Positions 37,872-47,356 of a DNA stretch of 64,000 nucleotides are shown here, piece after piece. Source of the DNA: Dehalococcoidia bacterium (GTDB taxonomy: Bacteria > Chloroflexota > Dehalococcoidia > Lucifugimonadales > Australimonadaceae); contig CBDFLS010000002.1 in assembly GCA_965249185.1 (NCBI GenBank), forward strand, positions 2,004,368 to 2,068,367, given 5' to 3'. Every line of letters starts with the position of its first letter. Within the stretch, counting starts at the first letter, position 1. Under the pieces are notes generated by a model, which saw only the letters and a list, made by a program, of their open reading frames with translations, made no database searches and had not been told where the DNA came from. Position numbers and translations under genes: made by a program.

Positions 37872-38612
37872 ATGACCGCCTTGTGCTGGCGTGGTCTGCT
37901 GGTGATCCTGACGTGGGGGCTTTGGGTGACGGCGGCGGCGGCCTGCGGCGCCGCGCCCACCCCGACGCCCACCGCTACGCTCACCCCAACGCCGTCCGCC
38001 AGCGCACAGGAGCTTATGGCGCGGATGATGGGGGCGCTCCTGGACCTGAAGACCGTCCGTTTCTCCCTCTCGCACGTTGAAGGCGGCACCGACTTGGGTA
38101 TCGGGCTTCTGCTGACCGCCGTGGAGGGCGAGGCGGCCTTTCCGGAGCGGGCGAGGCTCAATGCCCAGGCGGTGGTCAGCGGGCTCAGAGTCAATGTGTC
38201 GATCGGTATCGTCCAGATCGGGGGGACGGCCTTCCTCCAGGACCCGGTCAGCAGAAGCTGGAAGGAGGTGGACCCCGGCTCGCTCCCCTTCCTCTTCGCG
38301 GACATGAACCGCAGCGTGGCCGAGGCGATGGCGGTGAGCGAGGAGGTGGCGTTCGCGGGGACGGGGGAGCTGGGCGGCGCTCCGGTCTATATCCTGACCG
38401 GGACCGTGCCCTCGGAGGCGCTTCGCGGCCTGGTGCCCGCGGCGGTCTCGGATGAGCGGCTGCGGTGGGAGCTGGCCATTGGCCGGGTGGATGGCCTGCC
38501 CAGAAGGCTGCGGCTCCAGGGCGTCCTCATTTCCGGCGATACCCCCGAGATGACGCGATTGCTCCACCTCTCCGGCTTCGACGCCCCGGTCACCATCGAG
38601 CCGCCGCTCTAG
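37872..38612 (+). CDS. LppX/LprAFG-like (LolA-fold) lipoprotein
   Basis: Signal and lipobox VTAAAAC, a PT-rich linker, then ~200 aa whose pattern (VYILTGTVPSEAL..., LRWELAIGRVDGLPRRLRL, LHLSGFDAPVTIEPP) resembles the mycobacterial LprG family. Confidence 0.6.
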   Translation: MTALCWRGLLVILTWGLWVTAAAACGAAPTPTPTATLTPTPSASAQELMARMMGALLDLKTVRFSLSHVEGGTDLGIGLLLTAVEGEAAFPERARLNAQAVVSGLRVNVSIGIVQIGGTAFLQDPVSRSWKEVDPGSLPFLFADMNRSVAEAMAVSEEVAFAGTGELGGAPVYILTGTVPSEALRGLVPAAVSDERLRWELAIGRVDGLPRRLRLQGVLISGDTPEMTRLLHLSGFDAPVTIEPPL

Positions 38613-38652
38613 CGAGTGATTCGACATATTTGGCCGGCCTGCCGCGAGCACC

Positions 38653-40107
38653 ATGCGGAACCTTCCTCCCAACGCCGTCCTCCTGCTGGTCTGTCTGGGC
38701 GTCTTCGTCGCCTCCCTGGACCAGACGGTGGTGGTCACCGCTCTGCCCGAAGTGATGTTCGACCTGGGCATCACCATCGACCGGCTGGACAGCGTGGCGT
38801 GGATAGTCACGGGCTACTTGCTGGGGTTCACCGCTGCCATGCCCTTGCTGGGGCGCGTGGGCGACGTCTTCGGCCACCGCCGCCTCTACGCTGGCGCGGC
38901 GGTGCTCTTCGCCGTGGGCTCGGTGCTGGTGGCCCTGTCCGGCTCGTTGGGCTGGCTGGTGGGGGCCCGGGTGGTCCAGGCCGTGGGCGGCGGCGCGCTT
39001 ATCCCGGCGGCCATCGCGCTGGCCAGCGACCGCCAGCCGGCGGTGCGCCGGAGCGTGGTGCTGGGCATCGTTGGCGCCGCCGCGGAGACCGGCAGCGTGC
39101 TGGGGCCCCTCTACGGCGGCGGCATCATCGAGCTGGCGGGTTGGCGGTGGATCTTCTGGGCCAACGTGCCCCTGAGCGGACTGCTGCTCCTGGGGCTGGT
39201 GCTGGTGCCGGAGACGGCCCGCCAGCGGGTCCGACTCGACTACCGGGGAGGCCTGCTCCTGGCCGCCGGCCTGGCGGTGCTGACGTTGGCCTTGGCTCAG
39301 CGCTCCGCCTTCGGCCAGCTCTCGCCGACGCCCTTCGTGCTGATCGCCGCTGGCGTCACCCTCCTGGCCCTCCTGGGAGCGGTGGAGCGCCAGGCCGTCC
39401 AGCCCATCCTCAGCCGTCTCCTCTTCCGCTCGCGGTCCTTCATCGCCGCCTTCTCCAGCCAGCTCCTGGTTGGCGGCGCGCTGATAATGGCGCTGGTCAC
39501 CGTCCCGCTGATGACGGATACGGTGCTGGGACAGCCGCCGCTGGAGGGCGGCCTGCGCCTGATGCGATTCACCGGTGCCATACCCTTCGGCGCCGTGTTG
39601 GGCGGGTACGCCACCCGCTGGCTGGGACCCCGGCCGCCGACGCTGGCTGGCCTGGGGCTGGGGGCGCTCGGCTTCTTCTGGATGAGCGGCTGGGGACTGG
39701 ACATCGCCGACCCCTCGCTGTCGCTGCACCTGGCCACCGGCGGGCTGGGGTTCGGACTGGTCATCGCGCCGCTGCTGACCGTGGTCGTGAACGCCGGAGG
39801 CGAAGACTACCGGGGCACCGCCGCCGCTTTCATGACCATGGCGCGCATGGTGGGCATGACCCTCGGCCTGGCCGCCCTCTCGGCGTGGGGCATGGGCTAT
39901 TTCCAGCTCCTCGCCAGCGAGCTGTCGTTGCCCCTACAGGCGTCCGGCGAGAGCGCGGCGGTTTTCCAGGAGCGGCTGTCGGCCTACCAGGCGGGCGTGG
40001 CCGGCGCATCGCTCAGCGTCTTCTCGGCCTTCTTCCGGGTGGGCGCGGCGCTCAGCCTGGCCGCCATCGTCCCCGCGCTATGGATGTACGAGCGGCGGCG
40101 GCGCTAA
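38653..40107 (+). CDS. MFS transporter, 14-TM DHA2 (EmrB/QacA-like) type
   Basis: FVASLDQTVVVTALP, LGRVGDVFGHRR, 484 aa with about 14 TM. Confidence 0.85.
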   Translation: MRNLPPNAVLLLVCLGVFVASLDQTVVVTALPEVMFDLGITIDRLDSVAWIVTGYLLGFTAAMPLLGRVGDVFGHRRLYAGAAVLFAVGSVLVALSGSLGWLVGARVVQAVGGGALIPAAIALASDRQPAVRRSVVLGIVGAAAETGSVLGPLYGGGIIELAGWRWIFWANVPLSGLLLLGLVLVPETARQRVRLDYRGGLLLAAGLAVLTLALAQRSAFGQLSPTPFVLIAAGVTLLALLGAVERQAVQPILSRLLFRSRSFIAAFSSQLLVGGALIMALVTVPLMTDTVLGQPPLEGGLRLMRFTGAIPFGAVLGGYATRWLGPRPPTLAGLGLGALGFFWMSGWGLDIADPSLSLHLATGGLGFGLVIAPLLTVVVNAGGEDYRGTAAAFMTMARMVGMTLGLAALSAWGMGYFQLLASELSLPLQASGESAAVFQERLSAYQAGVAGASLSVFSAFFRVGAALSLAAIVPALWMYERRRR

Positions 40108-40248
40108 CCCCGCGCACCCGCTGATGGTGAGCCGCCCCTCACCCCCGCTCGTGGTGAGGCGAGTTTACCCTGAGTCTATCGAAGGGAACCATGAGCGGAG
40201 CAATAACGGGTGTGCTGAGGTCCGTCTGGGCCTGCGCCCGCCCGCGCC

Positions 40249-41958
40249 TTACGAGGACGGCGCGTAGTCGAGCAGCGTGAGCCGCAGCCGTTCGCTGCCG
40301 CGCCAGTGGTCCACGTTCAGCGTGTAGACGATGTCGACGCGCTGGGTGCCGGGCTGCCACGCCTGGCGGAAGGCCACGGCGTCCCACATTGCGCCGCCGC
40401 TGCGGAGCCGCAGCCGGAAGTGCTGGCCGCCGGTGCCCATGGTGCGGGCGTCGGCCACCTGGATGCCCCGGCTGAGGAAGACGGGCGCCGGGTTGCCCAT
40501 GCCGAAGGGCTCCATCCGGCGCAGCACGGGCAGGGTAGGGCCCACAAGCTCCACGGGCGCTACCTCCGCCTCCACCGTGCCGTCGGTGACGGCGGGGCCG
40601 CCCCGCTCCGACGCGATGGCCCGCAGGCGCTCCTCCAGCTCGGGGAGCACGGCCACGGGGCAGGTGAACCCCGCGGCCTGGGCGTGGCCGCCGTGCCGGA
40701 GCAGCAGGCTGTCGCAGGCGAGCAGCGCCTCCGCCCAGTGGAAGCCGGGCCTGCTGCGGCAGCTCCCCCGCGCGGTGTCGCCCTCCACGGCGTAGACCAC
40801 CGCCGGCACGCCGTACTCTTCGCTGAGCTTCCCAGCCACCAGCCCGACGACCCCCGGGTTGAAGTCGGCGCTGCCCAGCATGACCAGTCCTTCGCCTACG
40901 AAGGGTTCGGGGCCTTCTGATGCCTCGAGCTGCTGGAGGCAGGCCTGGAGCACCTGCTCGGTGAGCTCCCGGCGCTGACCGTTGTTGCGGTCGAGCTCCG
41001 CCGCCAGCTCGCCGGCCTCCGACGGGTCATCGGTCATCAGCAGGTTGTAGGCGGTCATGGCGTGGTCCAGCCTGCCCGCCGCGTTGAGCCGGGGCCCCAG
41101 GGCGAAGCCGATGGTCTCGGCGCTCGCGTGGGCGGGCTCGGCGCCCGCGGCCCGCAGCAGGGCCAGGAGTCCCACGGTGGAGGTGCGGTGTAGCTGCGCC
41201 AGCCCCAGGTGGACGATGGAGCGGTTCTCGTCGAGCAGCGGCGCCATGTCCGTGATCGTGCCGATGGCCGCCAGCTCCAGAAGGCCGTCGGACCAGTCCT
41301 GGGGGTGAGCGGACTCCAGGAGCGCCTGGGCCAGCTTTAGCGCCATGCCCACGCCGGTAAGGTGTTGGGACGGGTAGGCGGAGCCGGGCAACCGTGGGTT
41401 GATGATGGCCGCCGCCTCCGGGCGCGGGCCGCTCACCACGTGGTGGTCCGTGACGATGGTGTCGACGCCCAGCTCCCGGGCCAGGGCGATGGGCGCCACG
41501 TCGGTGACCCCGCAGTCCACGGTGACGATGAGCCGCGCGCCCTCGGTGTGGAGCTGGCGGACCGCCTCGGGGTTGAGGCCGTGGCCCTCCTGGACGCGAT
41601 GGGGTATGTAGGGAGTGGCGTGGAGTCCGTATCGGCGAAGGGCGCGGACCATGAGCGCCGTGCCGGTGACGCCGTCGGCGTCGAAGTCGCCGAAGACGGC
41701 CACCGTCTCTCCGTCGCGCCGGGCCCGCTCCAGGCGTTCCACCGCGAGCGCCATCTCCGGGAGGTCCTGCGGATCGTGCAAGGGGGACTGGGCTTCCGAA
41801 AGGAAATCGCCGGCCTCTTGGGCGTCGCGGAAGCCTCGCTGGTACAGCAGTCGCGCCACCAGCGGCGGATGGTCGCCCAGCATCTGGAGCTGGTCGGGCG
41901 CCGGCGGCTCCATCACGCGCCAGCGCTTCTGCAGGCCTTGGAAGAGGGAGGCGCTCAT
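40249..41958 (-). CDS. recJ: Single-stranded-DNA-specific exonuclease RecJ
   Basis: DHH motifs (VFGDFDADGVTG, VTVDCG, IVTDHH) and DHHA1 (GGHAQAAGF); 569 aa. Confidence 0.95.
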   Translation of the reverse strand: MSASLFQGLQKRWRVMEPPAPDQLQMLGDHPPLVARLLYQRGFRDAQEAGDFLSEAQSPLHDPQDLPEMALAVERLERARRDGETVAVFGDFDADGVTGTALMVRALRRYGLHATPYIPHRVQEGHGLNPEAVRQLHTEGARLIVTVDCGVTDVAPIALARELGVDTIVTDHHVVSGPRPEAAAIINPRLPGSAYPSQHLTGVGMALKLAQALLESAHPQDWSDGLLELAAIGTITDMAPLLDENRSIVHLGLAQLHRTSTVGLLALLRAAGAEPAHASAETIGFALGPRLNAAGRLDHAMTAYNLLMTDDPSEAGELAAELDRNNGQRRELTEQVLQACLQQLEASEGPEPFVGEGLVMLGSADFNPGVVGLVAGKLSEEYGVPAVVYAVEGDTARGSCRSRPGFHWAEALLACDSLLLRHGGHAQAAGFTCPVAVLPELEERLRAIASERGGPAVTDGTVEAEVAPVELVGPTLPVLRRMEPFGMGNPAPVFLSRGIQVADARTMGTGGQHFRLRLRSGGAMWDAVAFRQAWQPGTQRVDIVYTLNVDHWRGSERLRLTLLDYAPSS

Positions 41959-42091
41959 CGGTCTGTCATGCTGAGTGCGCCATTAGCGAGCGAAGCATCT
42001 CGCGATAACCTCCGATAGACCCTTCGTCCACCGCGGGCAGACTCAGGGTGCGAGGACGAGAGGGCATAGGGATCCCTTTTAGTCGTGGCCC

Positions 42092-43342
42092 CTATGCCTT
42101 GGGCTCGCGGAAGACCAGGGAGGAGTTGTGGCCGCCGAAGCCGAGGTTGTTGCTCATGGCGGCGCGTACCCGGCCCCGGTAGGGGATATGGGGCGTGTAG
42201 TCCAGGTCGCAGTCGGGGTCGGGGGTCTGGAGGTTGATGGTGGGGGGACAGGCGCCCTGGTCGATGGCCAGGACGCAGACGACCGCCTCCACGCCGCCGG
42301 CGGCGCCCAGCAGGTGGCCGGTCATGGACTTGGTGGAGCTGATCTTGACCTTGTACGCCTCGTCGCCGAGCACCGACTTCATGGCCATGGTCTCGAACTT
42401 ATCGTTCATCGGCGTGCTGGTGCCGTGGGCGTTGACGTAGGCCAGCTCCTTGGGCTCCATGCCCGCATGCTCCAGGGCGGTCCGCATGGCCCGGGCGGCC
42501 CCCTCGCCGTCGGGCGACGGCTGGGTCACGTGGTGGGCGTCGGAGGTGGCGCCGTAGCCGGCCAGTTCCGCCAGGGGGCGGACGCCCCGGCGGGCGACGC
42601 TATCGGCGCTCTCCAGGACCAGGATGCCGGCGCCCTCGCCCATGACGAAGCCGTCGCGGCCGGCGTCGAAGGGCCGGCTGGCGCCCTGGGGGTCGTCGTT
42701 GCGCTTGGAGAGGGCCATGCAGGCGTTGAATCCGGCCACTGCGATGGGGCAGATGGGCGCCTCGGCGCCGCCGGCGATGGCGATGTCGATGTCGCCGCGG
42801 CGGAGCATCTCGCTGGCGAGGCCGATGGCGTCGGCGCCGCTGGAGCAGGCGGTGACGGTGCAATAGTTGGGGCCCTTGGCGCCAAAGAGGATGGAGACCT
42901 GGCCCGAGGCCATGTCGGCCAGCATCATGGGCACCAGGAAGGGGTTCACCCGGTCGGGGCCGCGCTCGGCCAGGACGGCTTGCTGCTCCGACAGGGTGAT
43001 GATCCCGCCGATGCCGCTGCCGATGACCGTGCCGACGCGGGTGGCGTCGACGGAGCCGGTATTCAGGTCCAGGCCCGCCTGGGCCAGCGCCTGATGGGTG
43101 GCGGCCACGGCGAGCTGTGCGAACCGGTCCAGACGGCGGGCCTGCTTGCGGTCCACGTATTCGGCGGGGTCAAAACCCTTCGCCTCGCCGGCGAACCTCG
43201 TCTCGAAGCCCTCGGGGTCGAAGCTGGTGATGTAGTCGATGCCGGAGGCGCCCTTGAGAAGCGCGTCCCACGAGGAGCGGGCGTCCAAGCCCACGGGGGT
43301 GACCATCCCGACGCCGGTAACGTAGACTCGTGAGTCCGCCAT
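42092..43342 (-). CDS. fabF: Beta-ketoacyl-ACP synthase II
   Basis: Active-site Cys (VTACSSGADAI), HGTSTP, GHLLGAAGG, and NLGFGGHNSSLVF at the C-terminus. ATG 43342. Confidence 0.95.
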   Translation of the reverse strand: MADSRVYVTGVGMVTPVGLDARSSWDALLKGASGIDYITSFDPEGFETRFAGEAKGFDPAEYVDRKQARRLDRFAQLAVAATHQALAQAGLDLNTGSVDATRVGTVIGSGIGGIITLSEQQAVLAERGPDRVNPFLVPMMLADMASGQVSILFGAKGPNYCTVTACSSGADAIGLASEMLRRGDIDIAIAGGAEAPICPIAVAGFNACMALSKRNDDPQGASRPFDAGRDGFVMGEGAGILVLESADSVARRGVRPLAELAGYGATSDAHHVTQPSPDGEGAARAMRTALEHAGMEPKELAYVNAHGTSTPMNDKFETMAMKSVLGDEAYKVKISSTKSMTGHLLGAAGGVEAVVCVLAIDQGACPPTINLQTPDPDCDLDYTPHIPYRGRVRAAMSNNLGFGGHNSSLVFREPKA

Positions 43343-43544
43343 CTGCTCCTGCTCGCTCCCGTGCCGCTGGACGATGGGTCCGGCCAATCATAGGGCAGTT
43401 ATGCGGTGGGCGGCAATCGGCAGGGTACTACCCTGCACCTACATGCGGGTCCCGAGAGGACGGTTAACGGCAATCGCTCGCAAGTCCACGCCAACTGGAT
43501 TCACCCTGCACGTGGTCGCCCCATTGAACTATTAAAATCGGGGC

Positions 43545-45374
43545 CTAGCCCAGGAGGTCCTCGAATTCCTGGGTCAGCATCACCCTGCTCAGGTTGCGCG
43601 CCGTGTGCATCAGGCCGATGTGGCTGAAGGCCTGGGGGAAATTGCCCAGGGCATTTAAGGTGGAGGGCTGCACCATCTCGGCCAGCAGGCCCAGGTGGTT
43701 GGCGCACTTCAGCGCCTCCTGAAAGCGGTTCAACGCCTCCTCCCGCTCCCCGATGAACAAGAGCGCGCCGATGAGCCAGAAGCTGAGGATCAGGAAAGCG
43801 CCCTCGTCGCCCCCGACGCCGTCGTCGGTCTCCTCCGGGAGATAGCGCCGCACGAAGGGCCCCTCCGAGAGCTCCTGGGCCACCCGCTTGACCGTGGAGC
43901 GCACCTTCGGGTCGGTGGGAGGCAGAAAGCCCACGAAGGGGACCAGCAGCGCGCTGGCGTCGATGGCGTCGGAGCCGTACCGTTGCACGAAGCTCCGCTT
44001 CTTCTTCGACCACCCGCGCCGGAGGAGCTCCTCCTTGATCTGGGCCGCCTCGGCGCGCCACCATTCCACCCGGCCCGAATAGCCCTGGGTCTCTGCCAAG
44101 TAGGAGGCCCGGTCCAGAGCGACCCAGCACATGAGCTTGGAGTAGACGAAGTGCTGCTCCGGCCCCCGCACCTCCCAGATGCTCCGGTCCGGCAGCCGCC
44201 AGGTGCGGGCCGCCAGATCGGCCAGCCGTTCGATCAGCTCCCACCCGCCTTGGGGCAGGTTGCCGTTGAACCGGTGGTACGTTGCCAGGCTCAGCACCAC
44301 CTCGCCGAAGACGTCCAACTGGCGGTGGAACGCGGCGTCGTTGCCGACGCGCACCGGAGCGGAGCCTCGGTACCCCTCCAGGTGGTCCAGGGTCCGCTCC
44401 TTCAGCTCACTGGCGTCATCGATGCCGTACAGCACCTGCATCTGGTCCACGTCGGCGCGGACGTGGTCGATGAGCCACCGGATGAAGGCCTTCCCCTCCG
44501 CGTAGTCGCCCATGCGAAAGAGGATGCCCACCGTCCACGCGGCGTCCCGGAGCCAGCAGTAGCGGTAGTCCCAGTTTCGCTGGCCGCCCAGGTGCTCCGG
44601 CAGCGACGTGGTCGGCGCGGCGACGATGGCGCCGGTGGGATGGTGGGTGAGCAGGTGGAGCACCAGGAAGGACCGCACCACCTCATCACGCCAGAGGCCG
44701 TCGTACGGGGCCTTGGCGGCCATGCTCCGCCAGAAGCGGGTGGCGCGGTTGAGCTTGGTTTGGCAGTCCATGGCCCGCAGCGACGGTGTCCGGCTGAGGC
44801 CGTAGGCGGCCACGAACTGGTGCTCTTCGCCGGCGTTGATGGTGAACGTCGCCTCGGCGGAGGGGCCATCCGCACCGTCTTCCCCCTCGATGGTCAGCGG
44901 GAGGGAGGCGATCAGCGCCATGGACTCCTCCGCCTGCCGGGCAACCACCCCGGCGCGTGCGGGTGAGATCTCCGTTGGTCCCTGGGCGTAGTTGAAGCGT
45001 GGCCGGAAGCTGAGCTGGAGATCCACGTTGCCCCGGAGCCCCCTGATCAGCCGGTGGATCTCATGGGGCGTCCGGCCCTCCTGCGACGGCCTGGCCAGCG
45101 GCATGAAGTCGATGATGAGCGCGCTGCCGGTGTCAGTGGTGAACGTGGTCTCCAGGATGTTGGTGTCCGGCGCGTATCGCTGAATGGAGGTATGGGACGC
45201 GCTGGGAGCGATCTGGAAGCGCCCGCCACGCCGATCGTCCAGGATGGCGGCGAAGACGCTGGGGGAATCGAAGCGTGGAAAGCAGGCCCAGTCGATGGAG
45301 CCGTCGCGCCCCACCAGGGCGCAGGAGGACATATCACCGATGATGCCGTAATCGTTGATGTTCTGGTAGGCCAA
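43545..45374 (-). CDS. Glycoside hydrolase family 15 (glucoamylase / trehalase-like)
   Basis: YGIIGDMSSCALVGRDGSIDWACFPRFDSPSVFAAILD N-domain and an (alpha/alpha)6 catalytic domain (WDYRYCWLRDAAW). Confidence 0.9.
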   Translation of the reverse strand: MAYQNINDYGIIGDMSSCALVGRDGSIDWACFPRFDSPSVFAAILDDRRGGRFQIAPSASHTSIQRYAPDTNILETTFTTDTGSALIIDFMPLARPSQEGRTPHEIHRLIRGLRGNVDLQLSFRPRFNYAQGPTEISPARAGVVARQAEESMALIASLPLTIEGEDGADGPSAEATFTINAGEEHQFVAAYGLSRTPSLRAMDCQTKLNRATRFWRSMAAKAPYDGLWRDEVVRSFLVLHLLTHHPTGAIVAAPTTSLPEHLGGQRNWDYRYCWLRDAAWTVGILFRMGDYAEGKAFIRWLIDHVRADVDQMQVLYGIDDASELKERTLDHLEGYRGSAPVRVGNDAAFHRQLDVFGEVVLSLATYHRFNGNLPQGGWELIERLADLAARTWRLPDRSIWEVRGPEQHFVYSKLMCWVALDRASYLAETQGYSGRVEWWRAEAAQIKEELLRRGWSKKKRSFVQRYGSDAIDASALLVPFVGFLPPTDPKVRSTVKRVAQELSEGPFVRRYLPEETDDGVGGDEGAFLILSFWLIGALLFIGEREEALNRFQEALKCANHLGLLAEMVQPSTLNALGNFPQAFSHIGLMHTARNLSRVMLTQEFEDLLG

Positions 45375-45597
45375 GGTTTGTTAGGTGCGGGCCCAAGCGC
45401 CAGGGCGCCTTATGCCGGCGCCGAAAGGTCCGCCGGAGCCGTCTGAGCACAGCGGAGAGAGGAGCGTGAATGCGCACCTCTGAGTGCCTCTTTAAAGTGT
45501 ACTACGGTACGCACACCGGCACACCATCGAAGAGGTAGCAGCCTGGTCTCATATCCGCTTGGAGAGGCCACTCGCCGCGGAAACGCGTCGGAATGCC

Positions 45598-45626
45598 TTT
45601 CCATGTCCGCGCACAGCAGCTATAAT
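45598..45626 (+). promoter_or_regulatory. Candidate promoter of the radical SAM gene (TTTCCA, 17-bp spacer, TATAAT)
   Basis: Perfect -10 at 45621-45626 and a weak -35 at 45598-45603. Implies a ~120-nt leader containing the hairpin GCCGG-tctgaga-CCGGC. Confidence 0.4.
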
Positions 45627-45748
45627 CAGTTAGATGTAAAAGTGCGCCACATCGACGAGGGCCGTTGAAATCGGCCGGTCTGAGAGCCGGCTGGCGCCTC
45701 TCCAAGACGCCGACGGCTATCTCCCCCCAGATACGCGGGAGGGTTTTT

Positions 45749-47287
45749 ATGTCTCGGATTAAACGGGCGATACTGATTGCACCCAAGTCCACCGGGGGCA
45801 ACTTTGAGTACGTAGCGATTCCACGCCAGGGGCTTCTCTACCTGTCCGGCGCCCTCAAGCAGTGGACCGAGGGGGAGTACCTCTACGAGCGCGATGTCTG
45901 GTACGAGGACCGGAATGGAAAGATCAATCCGGAAAAGGACCTTGCGGGGGCGGACCTGGTGCTCATTACGGCGCTCATCAACGAAGCGCCTCGGGCTTAC
46001 GAGATCGCCCGAGCGGTGCGGGCCCACTACCCGGACATGCCCATCATCGGCGGCGGCCCCCACATGGGTCCGCTGCACGAAGAGGCGCTGGGGCAGGGGA
46101 TGGATGTGGTCGTTCAGCGCGAGGGAGAGGACATCATCGGCCCCCTCTGCGATATCCTCATCAAGCAACGCGGCTCCGCACGGGACCAGGCGCTGCGGCA
46201 GGTCCCCGGCATCTCTTTCATCGAGAGCGGCAAGCTGGGGCAGTTGGTGCTGACGCCGCGCCGGGGTTTGGTGGCGCCGGACTACGTGGACCTGCCTGAT
46301 TTCTATGCCATGCGAGACCTGACGCCCCGAAACCCGTTGGCGGCAGGCGTTATCGAGACCACCCGCGGCTGTGTCGAGAACTGCTCCTACTGCCAGGTGA
46401 TCCAGCAGTTCCTGGGCTACCGCATGGTCCCCCGCGAGACGGAGCTCCGGAGGCTGGACCAGCTCCAGGAGCTGGCCGATAAAGGACTCATCTTCACGAA
46501 CCGCGAGGGCAAGTTCAGCGTCTTCATCTCAGACGATCTCCACGCGCCACCCCTGAGGGCCACCAAGTTCCGCAACGAGCGGCTGGAGCGCCTCAAAGGG
46601 TGGAAGGACCACTCGGACCGCATGTGGATGATAGCCCAGGTCCGCGCGGAGGTGGGCCAGGACCCCGAGCTGATGGAGGCCATGAGCGACGCAGGCATCA
46701 GGATGCTCTACGTGGGCGTGGAGTCGAGCAACGCCAAGAACCTGGCGCTTGTGCGCAAACGCCAGGAGCCCGACCAGGTGGAGAAGGACCTGGTGGCGCT
46801 GAAGGCCCAGAGCTTCTACGTCACCGCCATGACGATCATCGGCCTTCCCTATGACACCGAGGACAGCATTATGGAGATGGCGGATTGGGCACGGGGCGTG
46901 AGCAAGTACCAGACGGCAAACCTGCTGACTCCCCTTCCCGCCACCATCAACTGGGAGACGCTCGCACCCTTGGACGAGGACGGGTCGCTGCTGGCGCCCG
47001 GGAAGATGCGTCCCTATCAGTTGTACACGGGCCGGCAGTTCGTACACCTGGATTCCCGCTGGAGCATGCAGGAGTCCCAGGCGCTGTTCGAGGCCTATTC
47101 CAGTAAGCTGAGGTCGGTGGACACTATGTACGAGCGAATCTTCACGATGTTTAAGATGCACACGCGCCGGCTGGCGGTCATGACGCGTGAGGCGGGAGAC
47201 AAAGTTTCGTTGACCCTCAACGACCTGAAGCAATCCCTGGACAGGGGCTCGCCCAGCGCGAAGCCGTTTTCGGCACCGAAGGGCTAG
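45749..47287 (+). CDS. B12-binding-domain radical SAM protein (class B type)
   Basis: N-terminal Rossmann-like B12-binding region and radical SAM cluster motif CVENCSYC (CxxxCxxC). ATG 45749 after GGGAGGG. Confidence 0.85.
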   Translation: MSRIKRAILIAPKSTGGNFEYVAIPRQGLLYLSGALKQWTEGEYLYERDVWYEDRNGKINPEKDLAGADLVLITALINEAPRAYEIARAVRAHYPDMPIIGGGPHMGPLHEEALGQGMDVVVQREGEDIIGPLCDILIKQRGSARDQALRQVPGISFIESGKLGQLVLTPRRGLVAPDYVDLPDFYAMRDLTPRNPLAAGVIETTRGCVENCSYCQVIQQFLGYRMVPRETELRRLDQLQELADKGLIFTNREGKFSVFISDDLHAPPLRATKFRNERLERLKGWKDHSDRMWMIAQVRAEVGQDPELMEAMSDAGIRMLYVGVESSNAKNLALVRKRQEPDQVEKDLVALKAQSFYVTAMTIIGLPYDTEDSIMEMADWARGVSKYQTANLLTPLPATINWETLAPLDEDGSLLAPGKMRPYQLYTGRQFVHLDSRWSMQESQALFEAYSSKLRSVDTMYERIFTMFKMHTRRLAVMTREAGDKVSLTLNDLKQSLDRGSPSAKPFSAPKG

Positions 47288-47301
47288 AGCAAACACGAAT
47301 G

Positions 47302-47343
47302 GTAAGAAAAAGGCCAGGGCCTAGGCCCTGGCCTTTTTCTTAC
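47302..47343. terminator. Bidirectional intrinsic terminator (20-bp perfect inverted repeat, 2-nt loop)
   Basis: GTAAGAAAAAGGCCAGGGCC-ta-GGCCCTGGCCTTTTTCTTAC. A GC-rich stem with A/T runs on both sides, between convergent genes ending at 47287 and 47357. Confidence 0.85.
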
Positions 47344-47356
47344 GCTGTCGTGGTGC

